Virus record (IMG/VR): IMGVR_UViG_3300033545_000001
Span: 55,393-119,392 of that record
DNA: 64,000 bases
Source: a virus
Reading direction: 5' to 3' (one strand)
Part shown: positions 36,701-46,628 of the stretch, in pieces
How the letters are laid out: every line of letters begins with the position of its first letter
How positions within the stretch are numbered: position 1 is the first letter of the stretch
Notes under the pieces: generated by a model
Seen by the model: only the letters and a program-made list of their open reading frames with translations
What the model was told of the DNA's origin: nothing
The model's database searches: none
Position numbers and translations under genes: made by a program

Positions 36701-37078
36701 CCAGGAACTTCTGACGACATTCTAGATCCTGTAGCTAATGTTGCTGCTGCCATTAAGTATATTGAAGATGTATATGGTTCAATTACTAATGTTCAGCAGG
36801 CTAATGCCAATGAGCCTCCAAAGGGTTATGCTACAGGCGGATTCGTGGGAGATCCAACTTTGGGAATGGGATTTGCTGCTGGAGGTTACAGTATGGCTCC
36901 TACAGCTGGAACTCCTTCAATGAAGTCTCAGGCTGGAATGAATGCTGGTGGAAGACTTTCTGGTCCTGGAGTTCATGTGGAAAATTTGAACATCACTAAT
37001 CCAATTCCAGAGCAGTCAGGCGATTCTCTACAGAGAGCAATGACTCGCTTGCGCGTCTATGACGGGAGAGGCAACTAA
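30797..37078 (+). CDS. tape measure protein with C-terminal lytic transglycosylase
   Basis: 2093 aa helical repeats; 'LTPGEFV'; 'RESSWNP...GLAQ...YI..VYG'. Confidence 0.92.
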   Translation: MPSVPGDHTYDVVYRATADFTDLFAEVAAAKAAMEELKESTDDTNSSSEDGAKAAADAEEARTKAMQDASKAAKEYEQQQLLLNKAENNGFNTPQEAKAFRDQDTQSLLQHNIQENGGRTSPDQALQDIRNKTAALNSENASLAEMRETIDESTNSLQDASKAAQDFQDSLEDLEEGSQDVKQAVEDTGQALDDFSSKSKSAGSNASQTGNNLKDIAEGASIAARGIDDVNQSLDESSKAFLEYQQARKDANSAANQTPTTSLNTSIGNASTDIEEAMREQAAAIAAANQSRNNMSAESLAESAEKNAANNVSTGLFSAEALNGAKNFAEEVEEEVTPAVKNADSALKAAGQSASGLSDEFEASTAQGVVLSAAMADVDKKVEGLSNNLSSGFSSAFVKQLGGVLKDYNSVAKAATGLDDPSARQWVVDTGNELDSLAVQLQETQKGIEGVGGAFESSGDDADNFGTVLSKVNSASAVILASNLESIENKLAKMHSDLETGGNDWDTFASSIAKTNSQLNAATKQAAALDDPAAKNAVTDLKIAFDSLSMQALASRDDVDVFTASEMKNSAASVILASNIEAIEDKLTKMSTDLEAGGNDWDAFSVSIAKTNAQLNAASKQADALDDPDAKNAVNDLKEAFGYLSQQALASKDDLDVFTAAESKNSATSVLLSSNIDSVRSKVDDLENSLKSGDSAWNDFIVALTKANTELAGVGKQAGTLGDTESRNSINALQLALNDIAVQALGSKDDLGAFKTAEDVAAESAAKLAAATKDAKTAAYEATTTYKIFASGLKAISNEFASLSAQTKAEGGGSGFLGFLGNFLGGGLSGVSSGFNALATAAGSALPLVLGLSVAIPAVATAIVGLATIVGGLVGAMAPMVGIFITFLPIILGVAEAAGVLYLAIEPLISAVNEFRQATTKSGAEAALKGLSPVMAQAAKDIAGFIKALTGAKGALKDIGTEVFSPLLGSLSKLSTVIKPVEEALNTMAGAAGKFLQPVLAGFVNFLDSSNFQTLTKAAADGLVYFGGTVSNFLDALGKLATDAAPYTVQIAKIFDDLSKALNTSVSVGSSDGSISTFLNQMMTGFGILFNIISGIFDILAKWGPALAPIGNLIGNDLAKGLHDAANAADSVDFKQWNSELTQFISGIGTAAKGIGTLFAALVNNKFLGFLGDILTDIGHIATALAPIVKFFTDIVAGSLPALQKIFNDISGVVVGILKPIDDFLDKVEQNKDAMKVLSGIFTALASLVIAGSVLSFFSMLGGLAGKGFSGLIDLINKIPGINLPGGSGGSSGSSTPVVSAINKLGVDVSANADENAAKIVTAITGEETEEGVAGEGESAAGAEAAGIGATATIAGIVTAVLAFLGAGFLIYEIIHGAADPNSTVHRANSYVTQHDGANWWDREVAGPADRDVYDPTGRGIAGAAKGLADINKTAVPDFFTDDTQWEKDANKAMIAFFTGNAGWEKASNTAIPDFFTDKSEWERTAQRAVGDFFTNNDEWEKASETAVGHFFTDNTAWEKAANHAIADFFTDNTGWEKAADKSISGWFSSAGEWFMRDVYEPIEKWVTNDFVGFFTNSVARWFTDAGSWFMRDVYEPVKNWVTGDFVNFFTSSIPHWFDDVTTWFMRDVYNPVEHWVMNDIPGFFTNSIPNWFSSVWKEFQKNVVDPIGNWLTGTGSDSLTGFFEAGFKDALNAVIKDVFNNGLIHLLNDALGVVGLKIPNIPTFAAGGHVQGNLGEADNSDSVWAKLTPGEFVIRKRAAAALGPDTLAQLNQADRPGAIGKHANGGYAGAFAGGGIVGDVEGWGSSLLSGAEGLVGDVASWASSFVSGALQSTFNEAYKAIVNPILGTLPSGTIPTGMATLAAGSVKNAVDVFLGAQDQKADAAATGAVGGSLPTGDHKQIIVEALQAAGVAANQWPVWETGLNTLITRESSWNPSSVNTTDSNAAAGNPSEGLAQTTGTTFNEYHVPGTSDDILDPVANVAAAIKYIEDVYGSITNVQQANANEPPKGYATGGFVGDPTLGMGFAAGGYSMAPTAGTPSMKSQAGMNAGGRLSGPGVHVENLNITNPIPEQSGDSLQRAMTRLRVYDGRGN

Positions 37079-37195
37079 CTGCCGCTTGTAGTAAAAGTAC
37101 AGTCATTGCGCAGTTAGGAGCCTTTTATGAAGTGCAGTTCTTGCTTGGAGAAGTATGATGGACGTGGAAACTAATGGAGCCCATGGAGGCGTTAG

Positions 37196-38086
37196 ATGAC
37201 TAACAGCGATAACGAATATTGGTTCGTAGGTGGAACCAGTCTGAATCAGTACTGCTGGGCTGTTAACACTTTTGCTGCTGGACGAGCTGTTCCAGTTCTG
37301 CGTGGAAATAACATTCAAGTAGCTTACATTCCCGGTCAGATTCATCGTCAGAAGTATCCTGACAGTAGAACTTTGGACTTTGCCATGTTTGTGGCTGCTG
37401 TTGATCCCACAACTGATCAGCCTCCATCTCAGGCACAGAAGCTGATGTTCAGCAACAATGTAAAGACATTACAGAAATTGTTCTATAATTACAATGGTCA
37501 GGTTGCTGGACAGCAGATTCCTCTTACACGTCAATGGTACTATTCTCTTCCAATAAATATAGGAATGCCTCAAGGTGTTCCCACTATGGTACAGGCAACA
37601 GCTCAAGCTGAAATAGCTGGGGACCTTCAACTTACTATGAATGGTCCCCATTCGGCTAGTCTTACAGTAAGTCTTTTGTTAGCTGATCCCTATTTCTATG
37701 GGCCAGCTATTACAGGAGCTGTACCAGTTAACACTACTGCCTCAAGTGTTATCAATACTGGTGATGATGTTGCTGCGTATTTCAATAATTCAGTAACATT
37801 GTATGGTCCTTTGCAATATCCTAGGCTATTGAATGCTACAACAAGTCCAAATACATGGTTCCAGCTTAATACTGTTATCTTAGCTGGGGATTCTGTAACA
37901 CTGGATATTGCCAACTTCACAGCTTATAGAGCTTCTGACGGGGCTAACCTGTCAGGACTTCTGAGCCATTCGGGGACTACTAGGTGGATGAGTTATTATC
38001 CAGGAGTTAACAGTCTTATTCTGAGTTCTAATAATAGCGGAGATACAGGAAGTGCTACATTTTCCTTTGTACCTCCTTATGTCTAA
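37196..38086 (+). CDS. distal tail protein (Dit)
   Basis: Follows tape measure; 'ADPYFYG', 'PGVNSL'. Confidence 0.75.
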   Translation: MTNSDNEYWFVGGTSLNQYCWAVNTFAAGRAVPVLRGNNIQVAYIPGQIHRQKYPDSRTLDFAMFVAAVDPTTDQPPSQAQKLMFSNNVKTLQKLFYNYNGQVAGQQIPLTRQWYYSLPINIGMPQGVPTMVQATAQAEIAGDLQLTMNGPHSASLTVSLLLADPYFYGPAITGAVPVNTTASSVINTGDDVAAYFNNSVTLYGPLQYPRLLNATTSPNTWFQLNTVILAGDSVTLDIANFTAYRASDGANLSGLLSHSGTTRWMSYYPGVNSLILSSNNSGDTGSATFSFVPPYV

Positions 38087-38136
38087 TCCGATTGTTTATA
38101 TGATTTTACTCCTAGAGTCCATGGAGACCAGCATAC

Positions 38137-38331
38137 ATGACCCAAAATCGTTCTTTTTCTGCTGATCACGATCACTCTTGCTGCCCAAACCCTGCAAAAA
38201 GTTGCGGAGAGTGTATAAGAGGACTGTTATGTCAACGTTGTAATATGGCTTTGGGTCTCCTAGCTGATAATGTAGAAACTTTATTGAGGGCAGTAAATTA
38301 CCTAAGTGGTGAGTCTAATTACACAGAATAG
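38137..38331 (+). pseudogene. truncated endonuclease VII remnant
   Basis: Only 'DHDHSCC...[14 protein letters not shown]' C-terminal part remains. Confidence 0.7.
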
Positions 38332-39271
38332 ATATTACTCTAATCTAGCTCAGGCAACATTTATTGCCAATACAGGCGGATTAGGTATTTCTACAGCTTC
38401 TCTTCAGGTTACTGCTAATGAGAACTGGCCTACTCAGTTTCCATTCGCTCTTTGGTTAGAGCCGAATACTAACAATGCTGAAGTAGTCCTTGTAACATCT
38501 GGAAGTGGCACTTCTATTAGTCCTTATGCCATTACACGTGGCTATGATGGAACTATTGCCTTTGCTCACGCTTCTGGAGCTATTGTAACCCCTGGCGTTA
38601 TTGAGCTTGACCTGGCTGATCCTCAGAATCATATTAATCTATCAGGATCGACTTCAGGTGCTCACGGTCTTCCAGCCTCAGCTTGGTTGGGAGGACAGCT
38701 TCAGCTTATCAGCACTCAGACTGTCCTCACTCCACAGCCAACTGTGACTTTCAACTCAGCTGTGTTTGCAACTATTCCATCATCTATAAATCACCTGCTA
38801 GTAATGGTTCAGGCTCTGTCCTCTTCCCTGGCTAATAATAATGATTATTTAATGGTACAGTATAATGGATATACAGGCAGCTTTTACTGTGATGAATTCC
38901 TTCTAAATGTCAATGGGACTAACACCACTGGCAACTCTGCCTCTAACACTTCCTCATCAGGTATGACTAACAACTGGCATATCAACTCCAGCATGGCTAC
39001 TTGTGGAGTTATTATGACTACTGATGATGGAATAGCTTCTACAGGATACTGTGAGGTAGTATTCCCTAACTTTAAGAATACTGCAAATACTGCTCCAAGA
39101 GGTCATAACTTCAAATTCGGTGGAAGTAATAACACAGTTCCTTATATAATCTCAGGGAATGGCAGTGGATCTTGTGCTAATGTGACAGCTCCTATTACTT
39201 CACTGACATTCCAGACTATTCTAGGGTATAACTTCACAGCTAACTCTGTATTCCAGCTGTATGGTTTCTAG
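38306..39271 (+). CDS. minor tail/virion protein (paralog A)
   Basis: N-terminal domain shared with ORF 39280. Confidence 0.7.
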   Translation: MVSLITQNRYYSNLAQATFIANTGGLGISTASLQVTANENWPTQFPFALWLEPNTNNAEVVLVTSGSGTSISPYAITRGYDGTIAFAHASGAIVTPGVIELDLADPQNHINLSGSTSGAHGLPASAWLGGQLQLISTQTVLTPQPTVTFNSAVFATIPSSINHLLVMVQALSSSLANNNDYLMVQYNGYTGSFYCDEFLLNVNGTNTTGNSASNTSSSGMTNNWHINSSMATCGVIMTTDDGIASTGYCEVVFPNFKNTANTAPRGHNFKFGGSNNTVPYIISGNGSGSCANVTAPITSLTFQTILGYNFTANSVFQLYGF

Positions 39272-39279
39272 GGAGAATT

Positions 39280-40209
39280 ATGTCTACTCAGAATAGATAC
39301 TACAGTAATCTTGGCCAGGGGACCTTCATTACCAACACTGGTGGACTGACAGCTAGCGCATCTGCTCTTACTGTTCAATCTAGCGGAAACTGGCCCACTC
39401 AATTTCCTTTCACTGTGCGACTGGAACCAGGAACTGCTAATGAGGAAGTTGCTCTAGTAACATCTGGAGCTGGAACGGCTGCCACGCCTTATCAGCTACA
39501 AAGAGGATATGATGGCACTAATCAGTTAGTACATGCTCAAGGAGCTTCTGTAATTCCTGGATTCTGTCAGCTGGACTTTTCTCAAGCAGGTCAGCACATT
39601 AATTTGACAGGTTCAGCTTCAGGTGCTCACGGTCTTCCAGCCGGAGCGTGGCTTGGTGGAACTCAGCAACTTATCAATAAGTATGCTTACACAGCATTCT
39701 CAGGAACACAGCTTAACATTACTAGCATTCCCCAGACATTCAGTCATCTTAGATTGATTTATAGCCTTAGAGGCAATGGAACTACTACAGGTCACTTTGG
39801 AGCGAGCGTTCCTTTCGGAGATGCTCTCCAGATGGCAATGAATGGTGTGACAACCGCTACTTATACTGGTCTTTACACTATACAGTATCCAGGAACTTCC
39901 ACACCTTCTGGGACTATCACTCCTGGTGCAGCATTCAATTGTGGCATTATATGGAATCAATACTATGCTACTCCAGGTATGGGTAATGGATATGTGGATA
40001 TCTTCTCATATGCTGATACTACAGGCATTAAGCAGGTAAGTTTCAATGGTTCCGCTTCTGATCATGGAAGTGCTTATGGTGCTGTATTTGGATGGGCTGG
40101 TCCTGGAGGATCTTCCAATGCTCATGCTATAACTTCTATACAACTCAGTGTGTCTGGATCTTCTTCAGGATTTATAGCTGGTAACGTCTGGCTTTACGGA
40201 ATTTCATAG
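39280..40209 (+). CDS. minor tail/virion protein (paralog B)
   Basis: '[18 protein letters not shown]...WPTQFPF...RGYDGT...GAHGLPA.AWLGG' shared with ORF 38306. Confidence 0.7.
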   Translation: MSTQNRYYSNLGQGTFITNTGGLTASASALTVQSSGNWPTQFPFTVRLEPGTANEEVALVTSGAGTAATPYQLQRGYDGTNQLVHAQGASVIPGFCQLDFSQAGQHINLTGSASGAHGLPAGAWLGGTQQLINKYAYTAFSGTQLNITSIPQTFSHLRLIYSLRGNGTTTGHFGASVPFGDALQMAMNGVTTATYTGLYTIQYPGTSTPSGTITPGAAFNCGIIWNQYYATPGMGNGYVDIFSYADTTGIKQVSFNGSASDHGSAYGAVFGWAGPGGSSNAHAITSIQLSVSGSSSGFIAGNVWLYGIS

Positions 40210-40214
40210 GAGTA

Positions 40215-40826
40215 ATGATGATAATCGAGCAAGCATCTACCATTAAGTGGACAGCTCATGCTTCTGTACACAAGTGGGATGTTGACCAGTACGATTGGCT
40301 AATTCGTAAGTATGGTCCTGATGCTGATATCATGCAGTACTTGGATCAGGTAAAGCCTTATGAAATTGTAGATGCTCCAGGTAACCTTCTCACTTATGTG
40401 GGATTGGCATTTCTACTGTCTAACCTAACAGGTGTAACAACAACTACTTCATCTCAGCTACTTGCTAATGGCTACATGCCCATAGGAGTTGGAGATGGTG
40501 GAGGAACTGTCCCTACAGCGGCTGTAACAGACTCTGATCTTACAGCTTCTAGCAATAAGTACTATAATCCTATAGATGCTGCATATCCGGCTGTAGGAGC
40601 TGCTGGGGTTACTGCTGGAATCATTACTGTGCAGTCTACCTATACTTCTGCCATAGCTAATTTTGCATGGAACGAGTGGGGAATTTATGGATCTACAGCA
40701 CTATTTACTGTTGGCCAGACTACTACTCCTGCAAATTCTACTATGATCAATCACAAGGGTGTGTCTCTAGGTACTAAGACATCTTCCAATGTATGGACTC
40801 TATCAGCCACTCTCACTCTTTCGTAG
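40215..40826 (+). CDS. minor tail/baseplate protein
   Basis: 'ANFAWNEWG...LGTK...WTL'. Confidence 0.65.
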   Translation: MMIIEQASTIKWTAHASVHKWDVDQYDWLIRKYGPDADIMQYLDQVKPYEIVDAPGNLLTYVGLAFLLSNLTGVTTTTSSQLLANGYMPIGVGDGGGTVPTAAVTDSDLTASSNKYYNPIDAAYPAVGAAGVTAGIITVQSTYTSAIANFAWNEWGIYGSTALFTVGQTTTPANSTMINHKGVSLGTKTSSNVWTLSATLTLS

Positions 40827-40835
40827 GAGGTCTAA

Positions 40836-43832
40836 ATGACTACTATCACTTCTAGTGATGCCTCCAATGCGACTGTTGATTCAGCGAGTGTCATATCAGG
40901 TAGCTTAATAACTAGTTCGGATACCTTTAATAGCACAGTAGATGTTGCTGGTCAGTCAGAAAACACTGGCCGTGCCAATAACATTGAGTATGCTGCTGCT
41001 ATTCCAGGCTCACTTCCAGGCACATTCACCACTTATGGTTTGAATAACTCTAACCATGCAGGCTCTCAGTTTTATATTCCTGGATTTGAAGCTAGTCTTC
41101 CTACAACACTCCCTTTTGTCTTTGACAACTATTGCGGGCCTGCCAATGGTCCCCTATCTCCTAATTACATAACTGAAGTAGGCTGGGAATTAAAAGTATT
41201 CTCAGGCAATGGCTATAATTACATGACAACAATTCCTCGCTATCAATCACTGTCATTCAACTTTGAAGTAAGTAATGAGGGCTCCGGGCAGTTAGTAATC
41301 GATAGGAATGATCCTATTTTTACTCAGATACTTGGTACAGGTGGCCCTGGCACTGATTTGATGGACTATGAGAATTTCTGGCAATGTCTTTACAATGGTG
41401 AGCCAGTATTCGAGTTCTTGGGGACTACTATAGATGAAGTGTTTGTTGACGCATCTTCAGAGCAGCAGCCTATTACCATATCAGGTGCTGGTACTGGACG
41501 CTGCCTGTCTTGGGCCTGTACCCAGCCTCCAGGGTTCCCAAATGTTGTATACAAGCTAGCTGCTTTAACAGACACTTTTCAGTTGACTGAGATTGATACT
41601 CAGACATGGAATCTTACACGTACAGCTGATATTACTGCTGGAAATGTATATGTTGATCTAACTAATAGTGCCGCTGCTGTGAATGGGTCAATGAATTCAT
41701 TCTTGACATCCCCGGCTCTGTCTGCTGGATACTACAATGCATCATCTTCAGCCCTGTCTGCTCAGATTACCCCTCTTAACATGCCAAATCAGCCTGCCAA
41801 TTTAGTGGCTAATGGCTCATTCACTCTGGGTATATCAGGCTGGGATACAGGATCAAGTGCGGTACAGGCTGCTGGAGCCATTGCTACACTCAATACAACT
41901 GAGTCATATCAAGATAGTACTGGGTATTCAGCAAGTGTTGTTACAAGTGCTATTAATCAAGGTATTGAACAGACAGTACCAGCTTTACAGCCTAACACTA
42001 ACTACACAATGACTGCTTGGGTTTATCAGTCAGTGGGTTCTCCAACTATTCAGATAAAGATGTACGACTCTACTAATTCTGTAGCTAGCTTTCCAACTAC
42101 TACTATTGAAACAGTAGGGCAGTGGAATCTTATACAGTGTTCTATTTTAACTGGTGCTCATGCCAACGTTAATTTGATATGCTCTATCAACACAGGAAGC
42201 GCTGTAAACTCATTCCTTGTAGATAATGTTAATTTATTCTCATTCACTCCATACACTTCCAGTGCTATGATTCTGTACTCTCAAAGTGATCCAAATGACT
42301 ATGTTATGATGGAGCTTGACTTCTTCAATCCTGGCAGTCACTTCTGGGCTCAAATTGTCACTGATGGAAGTACGTCAAGTGTGACTCTGGCTTCTACTTA
42401 TGATACTGTAGAGCACATGTACTGGAGAGTTAGAGAATACAGTGATATATTCTACTTTGACTCAGCTCCAGATGGCTCTACGTGGACTAACATGGGATCC
42501 CTACCGCATAGTTGGAGTACAGCTGAAGTATCTGTGTCATTTACTACATGGTATCACGGAGCATATGGAGCTACTCCAGATTTTACTCCTATGGAAATTT
42601 CTAACATAAACAGCTCTAGTTCTACTCCTATTGTACAAGGTAATGGCTCAACAGCTACCAGCGTAAATGAAGGATCTACTGCTTCTGGAAGCTACAATCT
42701 CAACTCGGCTAACCTTGTAGGATTGCAGAATGCTTACATTGAAATTCCCAATGCTGCTCTCTGGTTAGATCTTCTTAATCAGAGTCAGACTAGAGGTACT
42801 ATCCCATTCATCAATCCAACCTTCTCAGTTACTGCCGACTCAGCTGGGACAGTGTGGACAGACCAAGCTTCGTTGGTTATTAGCAACGGATCTGACCTTG
42901 AAACTCAGTTAGAAGCATCTGTTACTGCTTTCAATGGGGACTGGGTTATGTATCCTGGCTTCCAGCTGTATGTAGGTAATGATGGAATATTGGGAAATAA
43001 CCTATCCTCAGATATCATCTTCTACTCCAGCGGACACATTGTAGATCATGAACGCACACGTGTTCGTGATCAGGTCTACAACTACATTGTGGCATCTGAT
43101 GGAACAGGTAATCTGACTTACCAGACAAGTCCTACTTCAACCTCTCAGTGGACTCAACGAGAGAACTTTGTTCAGTCATCACAGGCTACAGACATTGGTA
43201 CTCTACAGCAAATGGCTGCTGCTGCTATTCAAGAATTTCAGAGTGAGACTGCTCAGCGTACTTTGACTGTTCCTCCTAAACTGCCAGGACGTACAGTATT
43301 CGTAGATTACCAGCTTGGGGACTGGATTGGAGTGCAGAATCCTAATCTTAGTACTATTGATTCAGTGAGAGTAGTAGGAATTGCTATCTCTATCGATGGT
43401 ACTCAGGACTATGTAACTATGGAACTGACTCTTGAGACACGTATACAGCTTCTTATCGAGCGTATGAATGTTCTTCTACAGAAGATTGGCGCCAACGCAG
43501 ATGCTCAGGTTATCGCTGCTCCTGGAGCTGTGTCTCAGTTCATTCAGCAGTCTATCAATCAGACTGCTGTAAACACATATACTCAGGTACTTGGTGATGG
43601 AAGTACCACAAGCTTCTACATTGGACATGGCCTAGGAACTCAGAATGTTACTGTCACTCTACGCAATAATTCTACTGGCACTATGTACTATCCCCAGACA
43701 GCCGCTGTAGGAGCAAGCACTACGCCAGGGCTGTACAATGTTGTATCTCAGTCATTGAATCAGGTGGAGATTGTATTCAGTACTGCTCTTCCGCCTACTG
43801 TGAATGAATACACGATAGTAATAAAGTCCTGA
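40836..43832 (+). CDS. tail hub/tip protein with carbohydrate-binding module
   Basis: 'DYQLGDWI' hub motif, CBM-like 'NLVANGSF...LQPNTNYT.TAWV', C-terminal 'HGLGT'. Confidence 0.7.
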   Translation: MTTITSSDASNATVDSASVISGSLITSSDTFNSTVDVAGQSENTGRANNIEYAAAIPGSLPGTFTTYGLNNSNHAGSQFYIPGFEASLPTTLPFVFDNYCGPANGPLSPNYITEVGWELKVFSGNGYNYMTTIPRYQSLSFNFEVSNEGSGQLVIDRNDPIFTQILGTGGPGTDLMDYENFWQCLYNGEPVFEFLGTTIDEVFVDASSEQQPITISGAGTGRCLSWACTQPPGFPNVVYKLAALTDTFQLTEIDTQTWNLTRTADITAGNVYVDLTNSAAAVNGSMNSFLTSPALSAGYYNASSSALSAQITPLNMPNQPANLVANGSFTLGISGWDTGSSAVQAAGAIATLNTTESYQDSTGYSASVVTSAINQGIEQTVPALQPNTNYTMTAWVYQSVGSPTIQIKMYDSTNSVASFPTTTIETVGQWNLIQCSILTGAHANVNLICSINTGSAVNSFLVDNVNLFSFTPYTSSAMILYSQSDPNDYVMMELDFFNPGSHFWAQIVTDGSTSSVTLASTYDTVEHMYWRVREYSDIFYFDSAPDGSTWTNMGSLPHSWSTAEVSVSFTTWYHGAYGATPDFTPMEISNINSSSSTPIVQGNGSTATSVNEGSTASGSYNLNSANLVGLQNAYIEIPNAALWLDLLNQSQTRGTIPFINPTFSVTADSAGTVWTDQASLVISNGSDLETQLEASVTAFNGDWVMYPGFQLYVGNDGILGNNLSSDIIFYSSGHIVDHERTRVRDQVYNYIVASDGTGNLTYQTSPTSTSQWTQRENFVQSSQATDIGTLQQMAAAAIQEFQSETAQRTLTVPPKLPGRTVFVDYQLGDWIGVQNPNLSTIDSVRVVGIAISIDGTQDYVTMELTLETRIQLLIERMNVLLQKIGANADAQVIAAPGAVSQFIQQSINQTAVNTYTQVLGDGSTTSFYIGHGLGTQNVTVTLRNNSTGTMYYPQTAAVGASTTPGLYNVVSQSLNQVEIVFSTALPPTVNEYTIVIKS

Positions 43833-43866
43833 TGATTGCACCGATTGTTCTTGTGAGGGAGGCAGA

Positions 43867-46617
43867 ATGTCATATGCGCCTATATATGCTGTAAGTCAGG
43901 CCGATACACTGCCTCCTTACACAGCGACGCTTACATACAATAATGCTCCTGTAAATCTTACAACTGCCACAAGTGTTACCTTTATCATGGCTAATTACTT
44001 CTCGGGAGTTGTAGCTACAGGAACAGCTACTATTGTCAGTGCTTCAACTGGACAGGTAAGCTATTCTTGGGGATCTAGCGATCTAGCTACTCCAGGAGTA
44101 TACTCTATTCAGTGGGAAGTGACATTTCCTACTGGAAATGCAACATATCCAGCCCATGGATATAACTATTTAACAGTATTGAACAACCTTGCGATAGGAT
44201 ACCCGAACGTGAGCCCAGTATTCAACACAATTCACAGTAGTACTGCTGCTCCAACATCAGCGCAAGGTGTTAATGGAGATTACTGGTACAACACCAGTAA
44301 TACTTACTTTTACGGCCCTAAGGCAGCTGGCGTATGGCCAGCAGGATTTCCTCTGTATGCTTCTGGAGGAGTGCAACTTGCTGGAGACCTTGGAGGCACA
44401 GTAAGCATCCCTGAAGTAATCTCCACTCATCTGACAAGCGCTCTTCCTATCAATCAGGGTGGAACTGGTCAGAATACTGCTCCAACTGCTGGGCAAGAAC
44501 TTGTAGCAACGTCAGGTACTGCTACTCAGTGGGTTACCAGAGATTTCAATGTGCAGGCATTCGGTGCTTTAGGTAATGGCACTACTGATGATACAGCCGC
44601 CATTCAATCTGCCATCAATGCTGTAGGTGCTGGAGGCGGCAGAGTATACTTCCCTCCAACTGCTACTGGCTATCTTCTTAATTCTACTGCTCTTACTGTC
44701 ACTGTAACAAATACAATATTGGCGGGTGGTGGAGCAGAGAACACCTTCCTTATTATTGGAAGTAGTTTTACTGGTGCTGAAGCAATTGATATCACAGCAT
44801 ATAATTGTCAAGTTCAGGATCTGTCTATTCATGGAGCTTCAGGTACGACTACTTCTAATCCCGTAGCAAACGGAATTGAAGTTAGTGGAGCACGTAGAGC
44901 TAAGATCAATAGAGTAGAATTCAACAACATCAATGGTTGGGCCATTGAAGTGGCTGCTACTAACGCATCGTCTACTTCAAACTGCTTGGGAACTCAGATT
45001 GCTCAAGTATTCGGACAGTCCTGTGCTGGCGGAATTCACTTCCTGGGCAACACCACTCAGGGATTCGCTATGAACTGTCAGGCTACTGACATTCAGTTCT
45101 ACAGCACTGGAGTTACAACAGGAGCAAGTGCCAACCTTGATAGCATGCGCGTTGAAGATTCTTGGGATGTGCTTCTAGAAAACTGTATACTATGGACTTC
45201 TCTGGGCACAGGATCTTCCCTTCACATCAAAGGAAATACTGCTGCCTCATTCAACGCCAATATGGACCTTTTAGGACCAACAACAGGACCTTGTGTACTG
45301 ATTGAGAATTCCACTAATGGCAGTCCTCAGAATGTGCAACTCCAAGGCGGAGTTATTCAGCAGGGAGCTCCTGGATTGTCTATCACAGGAGCAGCTTATC
45401 AGGTACATATCTCTACTACTCGTATTATCAATAATCAGACGCATGGTATTCAAATTGGTGGAACTGGAGCGTCCATCTTTATTGTGGATTGCTTCTTCAA
45501 CACCAATGGAGCAGGTGCTTCAGGCACTAACTATGATATAAATTGGTCGGGTACCTCAATTGGCAAGGTTATCGGAGCTGGCCTGAATAGTAACATTGTT
45601 ACCACAGGCTCAGCTGGTGTGCAGACCAGTATTAACATTGCTTCTGCGCAGGCGGTAATGTTCGATCAGTTGACATTCGGAGGAAGTGGAAGCAGCTCTG
45701 CTACTTGGTTTACTAACACTCCAGCAGGTGTTTTAGAATCTGGTAGCGGTAACTTCAACTTTGTCACAACAGCCACTTTCGGAAATGGTACTCGCTCTCT
45801 TGTAGCTCAGCCTTCATCTATTACTAACACAGCTGTGGCTGGTAATGTCAGTGGAACTCAGGCTAACGACAACTGGAGGATCCTGGGTAATGGAACATTC
45901 CAGCTCGGTCCCGGAGGCGCCACAGGTAGAGACACCGTATTCGGTAGAGCAGCCGCAGGAGTGGGTTATGCCACAAATAGCTTGTTGGTAGGTTCAGCCA
46001 CAGACCTCGGGGACAACGGCTCAGGGGAAATAAAACTTGCCAATGCCACAACAGTACCAACTACCAATCCTACTGCTGGAAATTTGCTATATGCTTCAGG
46101 CGGGGAGCTATTCTCCAGAGATTCATCTGGTAATGTTTATCCCTTGACTCTTCTTTCTGCTGCTGGCGGAGGAACTACTGTAACCGGTGTAACAGCTGTT
46201 ACTGCTATAGCTTCTGGAGTTACTGTCCCTGCTAACACATTAGCTGCTGGTCAGGTATACAGATTCAAGGCCTGGGGGGCCGTTACAACTACTGTAGACA
46301 CTCAGACAGTACAGATAGCACTGTATTGGGGAGGAGTTGCTGGAACTTCCTTGTTGAACTGGGGACTTCAAACTCCTAACGCTTCTGCGACTGTTTCAGG
46401 TGCTGCATGGATGGCAGAGTGGGAAGTTGTTGTTCTGTCAACAACTTCTCTGGCAGTTTCGGGCTGGGATGGCCTTAATTACTACTTCAGTTCTTTGACT
46501 GAAAATAACGAGGCTATTACTAGCACATCTTCCGAGCAGTTTGTTGTGGGAGTAACTCCTTCAGCAACAGCTTTGTCCATTACATGCGCAGGATTCTACT
46601 GCCAGAGAGTACGTTGA
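43867..46617 (+). CDS. tailspike with right-handed beta-helix (putative depolymerase)
   Basis: 'FNVQAFGALGNGTTDDTAAIQSAI...VYFP' pectate-lyase-3 start; BppU-like N-terminus. Confidence 0.85.
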   Translation: MSYAPIYAVSQADTLPPYTATLTYNNAPVNLTTATSVTFIMANYFSGVVATGTATIVSASTGQVSYSWGSSDLATPGVYSIQWEVTFPTGNATYPAHGYNYLTVLNNLAIGYPNVSPVFNTIHSSTAAPTSAQGVNGDYWYNTSNTYFYGPKAAGVWPAGFPLYASGGVQLAGDLGGTVSIPEVISTHLTSALPINQGGTGQNTAPTAGQELVATSGTATQWVTRDFNVQAFGALGNGTTDDTAAIQSAINAVGAGGGRVYFPPTATGYLLNSTALTVTVTNTILAGGGAENTFLIIGSSFTGAEAIDITAYNCQVQDLSIHGASGTTTSNPVANGIEVSGARRAKINRVEFNNINGWAIEVAATNASSTSNCLGTQIAQVFGQSCAGGIHFLGNTTQGFAMNCQATDIQFYSTGVTTGASANLDSMRVEDSWDVLLENCILWTSLGTGSSLHIKGNTAASFNANMDLLGPTTGPCVLIENSTNGSPQNVQLQGGVIQQGAPGLSITGAAYQVHISTTRIINNQTHGIQIGGTGASIFIVDCFFNTNGAGASGTNYDINWSGTSIGKVIGAGLNSNIVTTGSAGVQTSINIASAQAVMFDQLTFGGSGSSSATWFTNTPAGVLESGSGNFNFVTTATFGNGTRSLVAQPSSITNTAVAGNVSGTQANDNWRILGNGTFQLGPGGATGRDTVFGRAAAGVGYATNSLLVGSATDLGDNGSGEIKLANATTVPTTNPTAGNLLYASGGELFSRDSSGNVYPLTLLSAAGGGTTVTGVTAVTAIASGVTVPANTLAAGQVYRFKAWGAVTTTVDTQTVQIALYWGGVAGTSLLNWGLQTPNASATVSGAAWMAEWEVVVLSTTSLAVSGWDGLNYYFSSLTENNEAITSTSSEQFVVGVTPSATALSITCAGFYCQRVR

Positions 46618-46628
46618 TATGACTTTGT

